Position numbers and translations under genes: made by a program. Of a DNA stretch of 64,000 nt, positions 18,074-27,042 are shown one piece after another. Under the pieces are notes generated by a model. That model was given only the letters and a program-made list of their open reading frames with translations, was not told the DNA's origin and did no database searches. Within the stretch, counting starts at the first letter, position 1, and each line of letters opens with the position of its first letter. The stretch spans positions 2,502-66,501 of the forward strand of contig DAZU01000067.1 of NCBI GenBank assembly GCA_002507425.1. Reading direction: 5' to 3'. This DNA is from Euryarchaeota archaeon UBA53. GTDB taxonomy: Archaea > Thermoplasmatota > Poseidoniia > Poseidoniales > Poseidoniaceae.

Positions 18074-19148
18074 AAAGCCAAATCTTCTCAAGATATACCT
18101 GCAATTGATGAAATTGCGTGTAGTAATTCTCCTCCAAATTACAGCTATTTGTGCTATCATTGCCCATGACATGATGGTTAGGAGTGGGGAATTATCCGGC
18201 GATAGGACCTGGATAAATACGCTTACTTCATGTTCTTACACTATAATAGCAGGAACCCTAGCAGCTGGTGGATCGAATGCAATTAATATGGTCTATGATA
18301 GAGATATAGATCCGGGAATGTCAAGGACAAGGGCTAGGCCTATACCTAGTGGTCATATCTCTCCAAGACATTCACTTATCTTTGGAATTACAGTATCAGT
18401 TTTGGGCAGCAGTCTGTTCCTATTATTTGGTAGTTGGAAAGCTGCTTTCTGGTCAATGTTTTCTGTCCTTTTCTATGTATTTGTTTATACAATTTGGCTC
18501 AAAAGACGAACGCCACAGAATATTGTAATAGGTGGTATAGCAGGTTCTACCCCTCCTGTCATAGGATGGATCGTGGCTGCAGGGGATACCATCCCTGAGA
18601 GTCTAAATCCGTTTGATTTGGGTTCCCCAATACCTTGGATGCTATTTTGTCTTATTTTCTTTTGGACTCCTCCTCATTTTTGGGCACTGGCGCTTTACAG
18701 AAGCGGAGAATATGCAAAAGTTGGGGTCCCGATGATGCCAGATATTAAGGGACCAGAAAGAACATTAAAAGAATCTAAATTTTATTGTATCATGCTATTT
18801 GGTATAGGATCAGTGCCATGTTTTTGGCCAAAAGCGGGGCTTCCTCTTGCATGGGCATTCCTGGCAGGTGCCTTGACCTTATGGTATTCAATATCCGTAT
18901 GGAAAATTGATCCCAATCAAAAGCTTGATTATAATGGAAGAATGACTAAGGCATTTAATTCGTTTACAAGGTCTCTTGGCTATCTTGCTTGGATGTTTGT
19001 AGCGTTTGTGTATATCACAGCAGTTTCGAAAGAAAACGTATGGATAATGACGTTCGCTTTCTTAGGCATTGTACCCATTATCAATTTGATGTTTACTAGG
19101 TGGAAAACCTTTGCTGGAAGGAAAGTCAAGGTATTGAATGCGGAGTGA
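18066..19148 (+). CDS. ctaB: protoheme IX farnesyltransferase (heme O synthase, UbiA family)
   Basis: NMVYDRDIDPGMSRTRARPIPSG is the UbiA-family DxxxD motif plus the RT..RP segment typical of CtaB/COX10. ATG 18066 overlaps the ctaA stop (18071-18073) by 8 nt; the ORF also opens at GTG 18048. Confidence 0.85.
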   Translation: MNEKPNLLKIYLQLMKLRVVILLQITAICAIIAHDMMVRSGELSGDRTWINTLTSCSYTIIAGTLAAGGSNAINMVYDRDIDPGMSRTRARPIPSGHISPRHSLIFGITVSVLGSSLFLLFGSWKAAFWSMFSVLFYVFVYTIWLKRRTPQNIVIGGIAGSTPPVIGWIVAAGDTIPESLNPFDLGSPIPWMLFCLIFFWTPPHFWALALYRSGEYAKVGVPMMPDIKGPERTLKESKFYCIMLFGIGSVPCFWPKAGLPLAWAFLAGALTLWYSISVWKIDPNQKLDYNGRMTKAFNSFTRSLGYLAWMFVAFVYITAVSKENVWIMTFAFLGIVPIINLMFTRWKTFAGRKVKVLNAE

Positions 19149-19154
19149 TAAAAG
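19148..19154 (-). terminator. oligo-T tract (CTTTTAT on the minus strand) immediately 3' of tRNA-Ser
   Basis: Archaeal Pol III-type terminators are short T-runs. Read directly from the sequence. Confidence 0.3.
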
Positions 19155-19237
19155 CGCGGCGAGGGGGATTCGAACCCCCGCGGGAACACCCATCGGATTA
19201 GCAATCCGACGCAATGGCCAGGCTATGCGATCGCCGC
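19155..19237 (-). tRNA. tRNA-Ser (anticodon GCU), type II with long variable arm
   Basis: Reverse complement reads GCGGCGA-TC-GCAT..-TCGGA-TTGCTAA-TCCGA-TGGGTGTTCCCGC-GGGGGTTCGAATCCCCC-TCGCCGC-G. The 7-bp acceptor stem is perfect. T-loop is TTCGAAT. Anticodon loop is TTGCTAA (GCT). Variable arm is 13 nt. No encoded CCA; followed by an oligo-T tract. Confidence 0.85.
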
Positions 19238-19286
19238 AGTTGGTTTTGCGACTTTGATACTTGAAATAAATAAGACGGTCAGTAAT

Positions 19287-22235
19287 CTAACTGAAGAAAT
19301 CCTCGAAGTCATCATCCAAATTCTCAGATTGTTTGGCTTCCCTTCTCTTGAAGATTCTCAACATACGTTTCCTCTTTTTGAGTATTATTGGAAGTCCTAT
19401 GAAATTGACTATGATAACCACAAGAAGAACAATTCCAGCCAATTGGAAGTTATCTTGCTCCATGAAGTCTTCCAGTTCTCCCAGCCATTCAATGCCATAG
19501 GGAGGCTCAGGAGGGGCTTCTGGTTCGGGAATTCGATGTTGATTGAACTGCCAATATTGATCCTCAATGTATACCCTCTCTACGTTCGAGGACGGGTAAT
19601 CAATTATCGTCAACTCATTACCAACAATATCCACTGGAGCTAAAATGTAGTAATAGGTTCTGTAAGGCCTAATTCCATCATACTCGAGTCCGGTTTGGGT
19701 GAATAATCCTTGTTCTCCCGGGACATTTACCAACCCCGTTGCTATTGGATTGATGAACCTCAAATCAACATTATCTGGCTGTTGTTCTATTCTATACATA
19801 TTCCATGATAGATTTCCATCGGGTTCATTTTCAGGCCAAGTCCATGATAGAGTAAGTTCATAGCACATGTCCCAATTATTTTTTGCAGCGTGGCAGTTGG
19901 TATCATTTGTGTATACGACATTGGATTGTAATCCTGAGACTTCAGATACAGGGTCAATAGCATCACCACAGGTCAACCCAGGTGAACCGTCAACTAGTGA
20001 TACTTCAGCTTCTAGATAGTCAGGAGTTCCAGCTCTGTCTATTGGAATGACCGCATATGATGAACAAATTCCGGTAGATAGTGGGCGCTCATCAGTCCAT
20101 GTATTCACGGTTCCCTCCAGTGTTGCTGATAACGTGCCTTGCATCAGACCTTCCCAGACAAATCTACTGGGTACTTCATCCGGGTTAGGGAAATATGCAG
20201 AAACGGTTACTGGGCTGGTAACTCTGAATATTTTCCATCCTCCAAAATAAGGGTTTGATAAATCTCCAGTTGAATTCCAGTCAAGTCTCATTTTACCATC
20301 TGGAAGCAGGGTTAAAATAGGGTTTTCCAGGTCAATTTCTGGGGAGGGTAAATCTCCGACTATTAGTAAGTCCATGTTGCTTGTTATATTCACTCTAAGT
20401 GTGTCATTGTCGATTACTTCATAACTTTCTTCGGGGCTAAGTGGGTCCCAATCTATTTGGTTATAATCCAGTAATTTGTAAACTCCAATACTCTCTCTTG
20501 GAATATTATCTGGAATAACATTTGATAAATTGACATCAAATTCCATCCAATCCATCCCTGCATCGGCTACATCAGTAGTCGGAATGACGTCGATGGACAT
20601 GCGAATTAAGGGTTCTAGGTTTTCACCAGGGGCGTAGTTTGCTCCGACTACAGGGTAGTCAAACTCTGCAATACCCTTTGCATGAGTCCGTGTCACAGCC
20701 GACCCAGTTAGCCAATTTCCGACGCTGATATCCGTGCTATTGTATATTGTAATAGGTGTTGTTTCGGATTCCACAGTTCCAAGGGAATCGGTTGCACGCA
20801 CTGTAATGTAGTGGTCTCCTAGACCAAGAGATGTCGCAGGTATGGATACATTTTGACCAACTCCTAGTTGTATGATTCCGCTCATCCACCATGTATATGT
20901 TAAGGGGGCAGCAGCCGTTGCAGAGACTCTTGTATTTAATTCGATTAAATCAGCAGTTTTGTATGTACCGTAAAAGCTGGTTTGCTCTATGATGGGATTG
21001 ATATCTCCTCTAACTACCTCTGAAATCACATTCAGTATATTGTCAGAGGGTTTTTGATCCAACCCTTCATTCAACGCCTCGCTTACGAATACCTTTAATT
21101 TCTTATCACCTAATCCATTTAGATTAAACAAGCACTGGTAATCTTCTCCAGGAACTATTTCGTCAGGCAGGCAATCCTCTTGTTGTTCCACGTTTTCATC
21201 TAAACTCATTACAGTGAATCTGACAAGTGGCTCTACCACCGTATGATTCCCTAGATTAGAGATAGTTACAGACACACTATCATTTCCATAGAAATAAACA
21301 GCAGAATTTGGGGCATAGGTCGGGTTCATGGAGTCTATACGTAAATCTACTGTATCATCAAAAGTAACTACCATGCTCTGAATGTCATTGTAGACATTCA
21401 TATCTCCGGATGGGGTTCCAGACGAGTTAAGAATGCCATAATATAGAGTATAAATTCCTTCAGAGTCAAAATTTACTGGGGGTAGATTCCTTGTAAATAC
21501 GCTCTCTCCCCAATCAGGAAGATTACTGTATGAAATGGTTGCACTAGCCCTTTCTGTTCCAAAGTTGTCAACTATTTTCCATCCCAGATCTGCCACTAGA
21601 CCACAACTTCCACAAGACTTGACAAGTCCATCAAGGGATATTGCATAATCAGTGTTCGTATTGAGTATGGGTTTGTTATCATAAATAGCTAAGTCTTCGA
21701 TTTGGCTGAGTATATCCTGCTCTTCAAATATAACATCGACTAACTTTCTAGCAAGATTGAAATTGTATAATTTCGCGTCGTTAGTAGTGTTAGTATCCGA
21801 ATCTACGAATCTATAGACTATTGTGTAAAGACCTTCATCCCCGTTTGAGGAAAAATAATTTGAGAAACTATAGGCCACACTCTCACCCACCACGATCGGT
21901 TCAACCGAACCAATACCGTATCCATCTCGATTATTGTAGCAATCGTTTTCAGATTGCATGCCCTCACAAACAAACCATTCAATAGACCTTGATTGAGTGT
22001 TGTAGAAAAACCCAGAATTTTTTATCTCAACTTCGAGATATACTGGATCCCATGCTGACATGTAATCTCCGGGTAACGGTGAAATAGATCTAGTAATTTC
22101 ATAGTCACCGCTTATTGATGCTGTTGCGCTTGGTGCTGCAATTATAGCCCCAACAGAAGTCAAAATCAGAAGCGAGACTAATGAAAGAGCACCTTTTGAG
22201 GAACTCCTTTGTTTGTCAACGCTTTCGCAGGCCAT
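19287..22235 (-). CDS. large cell-surface protein (982 aa), with N-terminal signal peptide, a long beta-rich ectodomain and a C-terminal TM anchor with basic tail
   Basis: N-terminus LSLVSLLILTSVGAIIAAPSATA. C-terminus LAGIVLLVVIIVNFIGLPIILKKRKRMLRIFKRR. Rich in N/T/S/D/Y as in archaeal surface/adhesin-like proteins. No specific domain recognised by eye. Confidence 0.5.
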   Translation of the reverse strand: MACESVDKQRSSSKGALSLVSLLILTSVGAIIAAPSATASISGDYEITRSISPLPGDYMSAWDPVYLEVEIKNSGFFYNTQSRSIEWFVCEGMQSENDCYNNRDGYGIGSVEPIVVGESVAYSFSNYFSSNGDEGLYTIVYRFVDSDTNTTNDAKLYNFNLARKLVDVIFEEQDILSQIEDLAIYDNKPILNTNTDYAISLDGLVKSCGSCGLVADLGWKIVDNFGTERASATISYSNLPDWGESVFTRNLPPVNFDSEGIYTLYYGILNSSGTPSGDMNVYNDIQSMVVTFDDTVDLRIDSMNPTYAPNSAVYFYGNDSVSVTISNLGNHTVVEPLVRFTVMSLDENVEQQEDCLPDEIVPGEDYQCLFNLNGLGDKKLKVFVSEALNEGLDQKPSDNILNVISEVVRGDINPIIEQTSFYGTYKTADLIELNTRVSATAAAPLTYTWWMSGIIQLGVGQNVSIPATSLGLGDHYITVRATDSLGTVESETTPITIYNSTDISVGNWLTGSAVTRTHAKGIAEFDYPVVGANYAPGENLEPLIRMSIDVIPTTDVADAGMDWMEFDVNLSNVIPDNIPRESIGVYKLLDYNQIDWDPLSPEESYEVIDNDTLRVNITSNMDLLIVGDLPSPEIDLENPILTLLPDGKMRLDWNSTGDLSNPYFGGWKIFRVTSPVTVSAYFPNPDEVPSRFVWEGLMQGTLSATLEGTVNTWTDERPLSTGICSSYAVIPIDRAGTPDYLEAEVSLVDGSPGLTCGDAIDPVSEVSGLQSNVVYTNDTNCHAAKNNWDMCYELTLSWTWPENEPDGNLSWNMYRIEQQPDNVDLRFINPIATGLVNVPGEQGLFTQTGLEYDGIRPYRTYYYILAPVDIVGNELTIIDYPSSNVERVYIEDQYWQFNQHRIPEPEAPPEPPYGIEWLGELEDFMEQDNFQLAGIVLLVVIIVNFIGLPIILKKRKRMLRIFKRREAKQSENLDDDFEDFFS

Positions 22236-22358
22236 GAAAGGGTGGTAGTATCATTTACTCAAATATCAATCGGTGAACGAAGTCATAAAACGGGGCATTG
22301 TTTGATTTTGAGGAAAAATTGGCGACACACTCAATATGATGTCCTCTTACCGATTACT

Positions 22359-23438
22359 ATGGAGAGGCGCAAGTCTGGCAATCTTGCTGCGTCCAACGAT
22401 GAAAACGCAGTTGTCGCTGTTGTTGAATTCTTATCAGCATTCACTCTATTTCTAATGATTTTAACAGCCTTTATGTCACTTGCCCAATTAGAACTTGGTA
22501 GTAACGACCCTTACACAGATTTAGTGGACAGATCAGCAGTTGATGGTCTAGATAGGCTTACTAATGGTGAAGGATGGTTTGTTCCATATGTCGATGGTGT
22601 TAGAGATCAAGCTAATGCTACGAAGGATTGGCATCAAATCTCTCCAACAGAGATTGAAAAGGGCGTGATTCAGCCAGGCATAATGAAAAACGGTTTATTG
22701 GATTTTGATAGAATTAACGCCCTGTGTAATGTTAGCGTTGAGGCCATAACAAATGGACTTGGACTTTCATACGACCTTCAAATAAAGCTGTTGGTGCAAG
22801 TCATACAATCTTCAAATGATTCAGAGGTTGGACAGATACTTTTCAATGGTGGCTCAGACCGATCAACAGCGAGCATGTCATCGGTATCAAGTAGATTGTT
22901 CATATCCGAAGACCGAGTTATATCAGTGAGTTTAGAGGTGCATGATGGAGCGGATTCTCCAAGAATACTGCGTATAACAGAAGTTTCGCCGAGGCCTGCT
23001 GAAAACGGACCCGAGTGGATTGAAGTCGAAAACAAGAATGGCTTTGCAATCTCGCTAAAAGGTTGGTCATTTGAAAGAAATGGAACCAATGGTCAAAGTG
23101 ATTATCTCTACAAAGAAGGAGTAATTCCGGGAGGAAAATTGGCAATTTTTTCAGGTGACCCTTCTAGCCAAGAGATTGGAAATGCAAGTGCAGTGTTTGA
23201 TCTTGGTAGCACTGGATTTTTGGGTGTTGGAAACATAAATGGCCTTGACGAATATAAAGGACGTTTGAGGTTATTGTTCGCAGAGGAGGATGAAGGTATA
23301 GGTTCACAGATATGCAAAGTAGAGTGGAGCCGAGCAGACGGAATTGGTCTTGATTATACAATAATTTGGAATGGTGGGCTTCCATATCTTAAATCTTCAT
23401 GGAATATCTCAAACACATCAACTCCGGGTTTTGTTTGA
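22359..23438 (+). CDS. membrane-anchored protein with C-terminal lamin-tail domain (LTD)
   Basis: ATG 22359 (MERRKSG...) chosen because the 22209 start would overlap the divergent upstream gene. Hydrophobic N-terminal helix AVVAVVEFLSAFTLFLMILTAFM. C-terminal RILRITEVSPRPAENGPEWIEVENKNGFAISLKGWSFERNG matches the LTD consensus (ItE...pEwIEl.N.....LsGW.L). Confidence 0.5.
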   Translation: MERRKSGNLAASNDENAVVAVVEFLSAFTLFLMILTAFMSLAQLELGSNDPYTDLVDRSAVDGLDRLTNGEGWFVPYVDGVRDQANATKDWHQISPTEIEKGVIQPGIMKNGLLDFDRINALCNVSVEAITNGLGLSYDLQIKLLVQVIQSSNDSEVGQILFNGGSDRSTASMSSVSSRLFISEDRVISVSLEVHDGADSPRILRITEVSPRPAENGPEWIEVENKNGFAISLKGWSFERNGTNGQSDYLYKEGVIPGGKLAIFSGDPSSQEIGNASAVFDLGSTGFLGVGNINGLDEYKGRLRLLFAEEDEGIGSQICKVEWSRADGIGLDYTIIWNGGLPYLKSSWNISNTSTPGFV

Positions 23439-23473
23439 GCGTTTTTGGCGTATCGTTCATTTAGTGTGATTGT

Positions 23474-24274
23474 TTGGGTATACTGTTACCAATGCAGCCA
23501 GCAACTGTGTATAGTCGAGACCGTTGCATAACGGGCATTCATGGCATGGACGAGATTCTTCGCGGTGGAATACCCTATGGGTCTACGGTTTTGGCAGCAG
23601 GAACATGTGGATCAGGCAAAACAACACTTGGCATGGAGTTCCTCGTAAGGGGTGCTTTAGCTGGTGAAGCATGCGCACACTTCACAGCAACGGAACCAAG
23701 TGTAAAATTACTGGAGAATATAAGGCAATACGCATTTTTTGATATGAATATGATTGATAGCGGTTTAATCAATGTATTCGACATGGATGTTCTATACTCC
23801 TGGCTAGGTTTGGACAAGGCGTCGTTTGATTTAGAAGATGTTCATGCACTGATCAAAGCAATAGTGGATATTGTAAACACTATCGGTGTTACGAGACTTG
23901 TCATAGATTCTGTTACAACGCTTTGTTACAAAATCAAGAGTGAGCAACTTATCCGTGATTTCCTGTTCACATTAGGTAAAAAACTAGCAACCCTTGGATG
24001 CACAACAATTCTGATTTCTGAAATTACATCTGCATCCGAAAACGCGCACTGGTCATCTTTTGGAGTAGAGGAAGCTATTGCAGACGGAATAATAGTTATG
24101 GGAGATGTTGAACGTATGGGACACTTGCTCAGATTTTTGCAGGTAGTAAAAATGAGGGGAACATCCCATAGTAGGGCAAAACACTCAATTGAGTTAACTC
24201 CACTAGGTGTAATGCTAACTCCTATGCTAAAATGGGGAGCAGTAAATGATAACACAAACAGGTGGGGTGCTTGA
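23474..24274 (+). CDS. KaiC/RadA-like single-domain ATPase with intact Walker A/B
   Basis: GIHGMDEILRGGIPYGSTVLAAGTCGSGKTTLGMEFL (Walker A), RLVIDSVTTL (Walker B), C-terminal VVKMRGTSHSRAKHSIELTPLGV (KaiC-type KMRG...H tail). 266 aa. Confidence 0.75.
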   Translation: MGILLPMQPATVYSRDRCITGIHGMDEILRGGIPYGSTVLAAGTCGSGKTTLGMEFLVRGALAGEACAHFTATEPSVKLLENIRQYAFFDMNMIDSGLINVFDMDVLYSWLGLDKASFDLEDVHALIKAIVDIVNTIGVTRLVIDSVTTLCYKIKSEQLIRDFLFTLGKKLATLGCTTILISEITSASENAHWSSFGVEEAIADGIIVMGDVERMGHLLRFLQVVKMRGTSHSRAKHSIELTPLGVMLTPMLKWGAVNDNTNRWGA

Positions 24275-24860
24275 TTTGTTTGAGTTAGATCAAAGAATAG
24301 CAGAGCAACTTTCAGAAGTCAGCTTGAGCTCTTCGATACAGGTAAGGTGTGGAAATTCTAATGCGTTCATGGTTACTGCTTCTACTATGATACCTTTGAT
24401 GCAAATGTTCGAGATGGGAGGTGTTTACATCTGCGCAACTAGAGGGGCGGTTGAGATTATCGAGGCATTTGAAACAATTGGTATTGATGTGTCTAACATT
24501 CAATTTATCGATCTGGTATCCTCGGGAATCCTTGGAGGAACAGACGTGCAATATAGCAACATAACTTTCATAGACAGTCCAATAATGCTTGAGAGCGTTT
24601 TATTGAGAACACTATATCGCTTGAGAATAGCAAATACAGAAAGAAATTTTGTATTAATTGATTCTGTAAACTCTCTTGCCATATACAACGAAGAGAAAAT
24701 GCTTGCTGAGTATCTTCATACCTTCATCAATACATTTAGGCAAAGAGAGGTTCTAACAGTAATTCTAAATGTTCCAGACCAGGTACCACCTTCTGTTCTT
24801 TCCAACTTAGATCTCTATTGCACTGACCTTATCGATAGGGGACAAGTAGTTATTCACTAA
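24246..24860 (+). CDS. KaiC-like paralog lacking a P-loop (probable pseudo-ATPase)
   Basis: Overlaps the upstream gene by 29 nt. VRCGNSNAFMVTAS replaces the Walker A. Retains the KaiC-like core blocks YICATRGAVEIIEAFETIGIDV and FVLIDSVNSLA (Walker-B-like). 204 aa. Confidence 0.45.
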   Translation: MITQTGGVLDLFELDQRIAEQLSEVSLSSSIQVRCGNSNAFMVTASTMIPLMQMFEMGGVYICATRGAVEIIEAFETIGIDVSNIQFIDLVSSGILGGTDVQYSNITFIDSPIMLESVLLRTLYRLRIANTERNFVLIDSVNSLAIYNEEKMLAEYLHTFINTFRQREVLTVILNVPDQVPPSVLSNLDLYCTDLIDRGQVVIH

Positions 24861-24872
24861 GGGTTGGTTTAA

Positions 24873-25676
24873 ATGAACAAGCAAATAAAATTCGATTCCG
24901 AAGATGAGGACTTCTTCGGAAGTGTTGGCAGTTTTGGTGTTCCCAAATTTGACAATGCTATGCATGGAGGAGTGCCGAGAGGATTTTTGGTGGTAGGTTT
25001 TACAGAGGTGGGATCCGGTTCAGAGCTCTTTGCTAAACAGTTCACGTCTCCAGCCGAGGAACCAGACAACACAATCCTAATTTCTACCGATGAGTCACAG
25101 TTGGAAATTGCTCGTGTTTTCAAGAAATATAATTGGCCAACAGATATTGCTGTAAGAACACTTGGAGAAGAGTATAACGCTCGAGTCTTAGAAAAAGAGC
25201 TACTAGCCAGTAGATACCGATTGGAGGGCTTTAAATTACCAGATATCCAAAGACTTGCCCAAACCAGATTTGTGGATGATGATACCCAGGATTTCTTAAC
25301 AGAAATGACGAATGAGGTTATGGCTATGGGTCCATATTTCAGAGCTGTTATCGACTCTTTGGATTTCTTCATGCAGAGAGAAGATCCGGGACGGGTAGTA
25401 GCTATGTTGCGTATGATGCAAGCACATACACAACTCAATCGAGGTATTCTATTTATCACAGTCTCAAATGACACGATTACACCAGCTGTCAAACAGGAAA
25501 TGGCTGCAATTGCAGATATGGTTTGCGACTTCAAAGTTAGAACAATTGGTTCTGACTTTGAGACTTCCATGATTGTTTCAAAATTTAGAAATGCTCCTGA
25601 AAATCTCTCGATAATGGTTTACAGAGTAACTCCGGAAGAGGGAATAACACCTGAGACTGTTGAGCGTATTGCATGA
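24873..25676 (+). CDS. KaiC-like paralog with degenerate Walker A (GFTEVGSGSE)
   Basis: FDNAMHGGVPRGFLVVGFTEVGSGSELFAKQF aligns to the KaiC G(I/L)D..LGGG.PRG....G.PGTGKT motif with GKT replaced by GSE. Walker-B-like RAVIDSLDFF. C-terminal KFRNAPENLSIMVYRVTPEEGIT. 267 aa. Confidence 0.5.
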   Translation: MNKQIKFDSEDEDFFGSVGSFGVPKFDNAMHGGVPRGFLVVGFTEVGSGSELFAKQFTSPAEEPDNTILISTDESQLEIARVFKKYNWPTDIAVRTLGEEYNARVLEKELLASRYRLEGFKLPDIQRLAQTRFVDDDTQDFLTEMTNEVMAMGPYFRAVIDSLDFFMQREDPGRVVAMLRMMQAHTQLNRGILFITVSNDTITPAVKQEMAAIADMVCDFKVRTIGSDFETSMIVSKFRNAPENLSIMVYRVTPEEGITPETVERIA

Positions 25677-25842
25677 TGTGAAACTCTCTAACATCAACTG
25701 CTTGAAATCAAACAATGCTAAAGATTCAGACACCTATTGCTCCCATTGTTGCAAAACAAATGCGTTGCTAAAACGGCGAATCTTAAACACATTTTGAGGC
25801 ATCATATATCCTTGGACTTTGGGCTTTAAAAAATTAAGTTGT

Positions 25843-26583
25843 TTACTCTGGCTTTCTAGCTTTGAATCTGCTTGACATTCCTGGGAATAATAGTCTGGCT
25901 TTCACGTCGTTATATCCTATCTCTTTCATAACATTCTTGTAATAAGAGTGAGTTCCGTAATGCGTGTAAGTTCTTGCTAACCATTTCCAAGGGTGATTAG
26001 GATTTCTTGTCACAATCCTTGCAACCCATTGGACAAAAGTGCCCATATACAACCTGCCTACAAGTCCATGCAACCAATTTGCCTTTCCAGCATCACAAAT
26101 TACCAGCTGACCTCCAGGTTTCAGGACTCTAAAAATTTCAGTTAGTCCTTGTTTTTTGTCTTTAAAGTCTCTAAATGAAAATAAACAGAATACCCGGTCA
26201 AAAGTGTCACTTGGAAGTGGTATCTCTTCAGCTATTGCCTCAACATATGCTGCTGGTTTTTCTCCCCTAGATTTTCTTGCTTTGTTAACTCTTTTTTTAC
26301 ATACCTTCAACATTTCTGCACTAGGGTCTAAACAGGTGAGATCGACATCTTCTAGGTCAACTGCGAAAGACCCTGGGCCACATCCAACTTCCAATACTTT
26401 CATTCCAGGCTTAGCATGACTTCTAACATGTTTCCTCATACCCTTGTCGAATCCAAGAGTCATAATTTTGTTGACTTTATCATAAACAGGAATTGTTGCT
26501 TCGAGTTGCCTCTCTAACTCAGTCCATGCCTCCTCATCAATGCCTGATGGGTCGAATCCTTGGGTTGCAGAGCGGTCTGGCAT
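25843..26583 (-). CDS. class I SAM-dependent methyltransferase (UbiE/MenG-like)
   Basis: Motif I KVLEVGCGPGSFAVDL and post-I acidic residue. 246 aa. Confidence 0.7.
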   Translation of the reverse strand: MPDRSATQGFDPSGIDEEAWTELERQLEATIPVYDKVNKIMTLGFDKGMRKHVRSHAKPGMKVLEVGCGPGSFAVDLEDVDLTCLDPSAEMLKVCKKRVNKARKSRGEKPAAYVEAIAEEIPLPSDTFDRVFCLFSFRDFKDKKQGLTEIFRVLKPGGQLVICDAGKANWLHGLVGRLYMGTFVQWVARIVTRNPNHPWKWLARTYTHYGTHSYYKNVMKEIGYNDVKARLLFPGMSSRFKARKPE

Positions 26584-26640
26584 AGCCTACCCTTGTGCAT
26601 TTTGGTTTTGACAATTTGGTCCTATTGAGAATACAACAAG

Positions 26641-26660
26641 ATTTTAATGATATTTTTTCA
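26641..26660 (+). promoter_or_regulatory. candidate archaeal TATA/BRE element (ATTTTAATGATATTTTTT) upstream of the ATP synthase operon
   Basis: AT-rich TTTAAT box about 55-75 nt upstream of the atpH ATG at 26716. Positionally plausible only; not verified. Confidence 0.2.
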
Positions 26661-26715
26661 GACCACATTGGTTATCAACCGGGTGCATTTCGGAGGAATA
26701 CCTAGGGGTGAATAC

Positions 26716-27033
26716 ATGGGTCTTCCAGAAGTCCTTCAAAGTATAAAAAACGCTGAAGAATCCGCCGACGCCAAAATTGCAGCGTCCAAAGAGGAGGCAG
26801 CCAAATTAATATCTGAGGCAAGAAAAGAAGCCTTGGAACTTATCCAAAAAGCGCAGGATGATTCAGTTAGTTCGACGGTAGCCACTTTAGACTCAGCACG
26901 AGAAAAGGCGGGTAAAGAAGCTAGCACAGTTCATGCAGAAGGAGCCAAGGCTGTTGAAGAGGTGCAGAATTCCGCAGGTGATCGACGAAAAGCAGCCGTA
27001 AAGATAGTCATAGACTCCCTAATGTCAAACTGA
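26716..27033 (+). CDS. atpH: A-type ATP synthase subunit H
   Basis: About 105 aa. Charged alpha-helical MGLPEVLQSIKNAEESADAKIAASKEEAAKLISEARKEA. First gene of the canonical H-I-K-E-C-F-A-B-D order. ATG at 26716 preceded by AGGGGTG. Confidence 0.6.
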   Translation: MGLPEVLQSIKNAEESADAKIAASKEEAAKLISEARKEALELIQKAQDDSVSSTVATLDSAREKAGKEASTVHAEGAKAVEEVQNSAGDRRKAAVKIVIDSLMSN

Positions 27034-27042
27034 GGAATAATC

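Noticed and set aside
19254-19643. 129-aa + ORF overlapping the 3' end of the large surface-protein gene next to the tRNA
   Set aside because: Overlaps the 19287-22235 minus-strand gene, whose C-terminal TM anchor and basic tail are convincing. No recognisable features.
24869-25570. 233-aa minus-strand ORF antisense to the third KaiC-like gene
   Set aside because: Fully embedded antisense to a + strand ORF that has clear family motifs. Its S/L/I-rich low-complexity translation is typical of shadow ORFs.
19155-25676. Integrated element or genomic island downstream of tRNA-Ser
   Set aside because: No integrase, recombinase, transposase or att-like duplication of the tRNA 3' end detected in the window. 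Kept only as a low-interest note.
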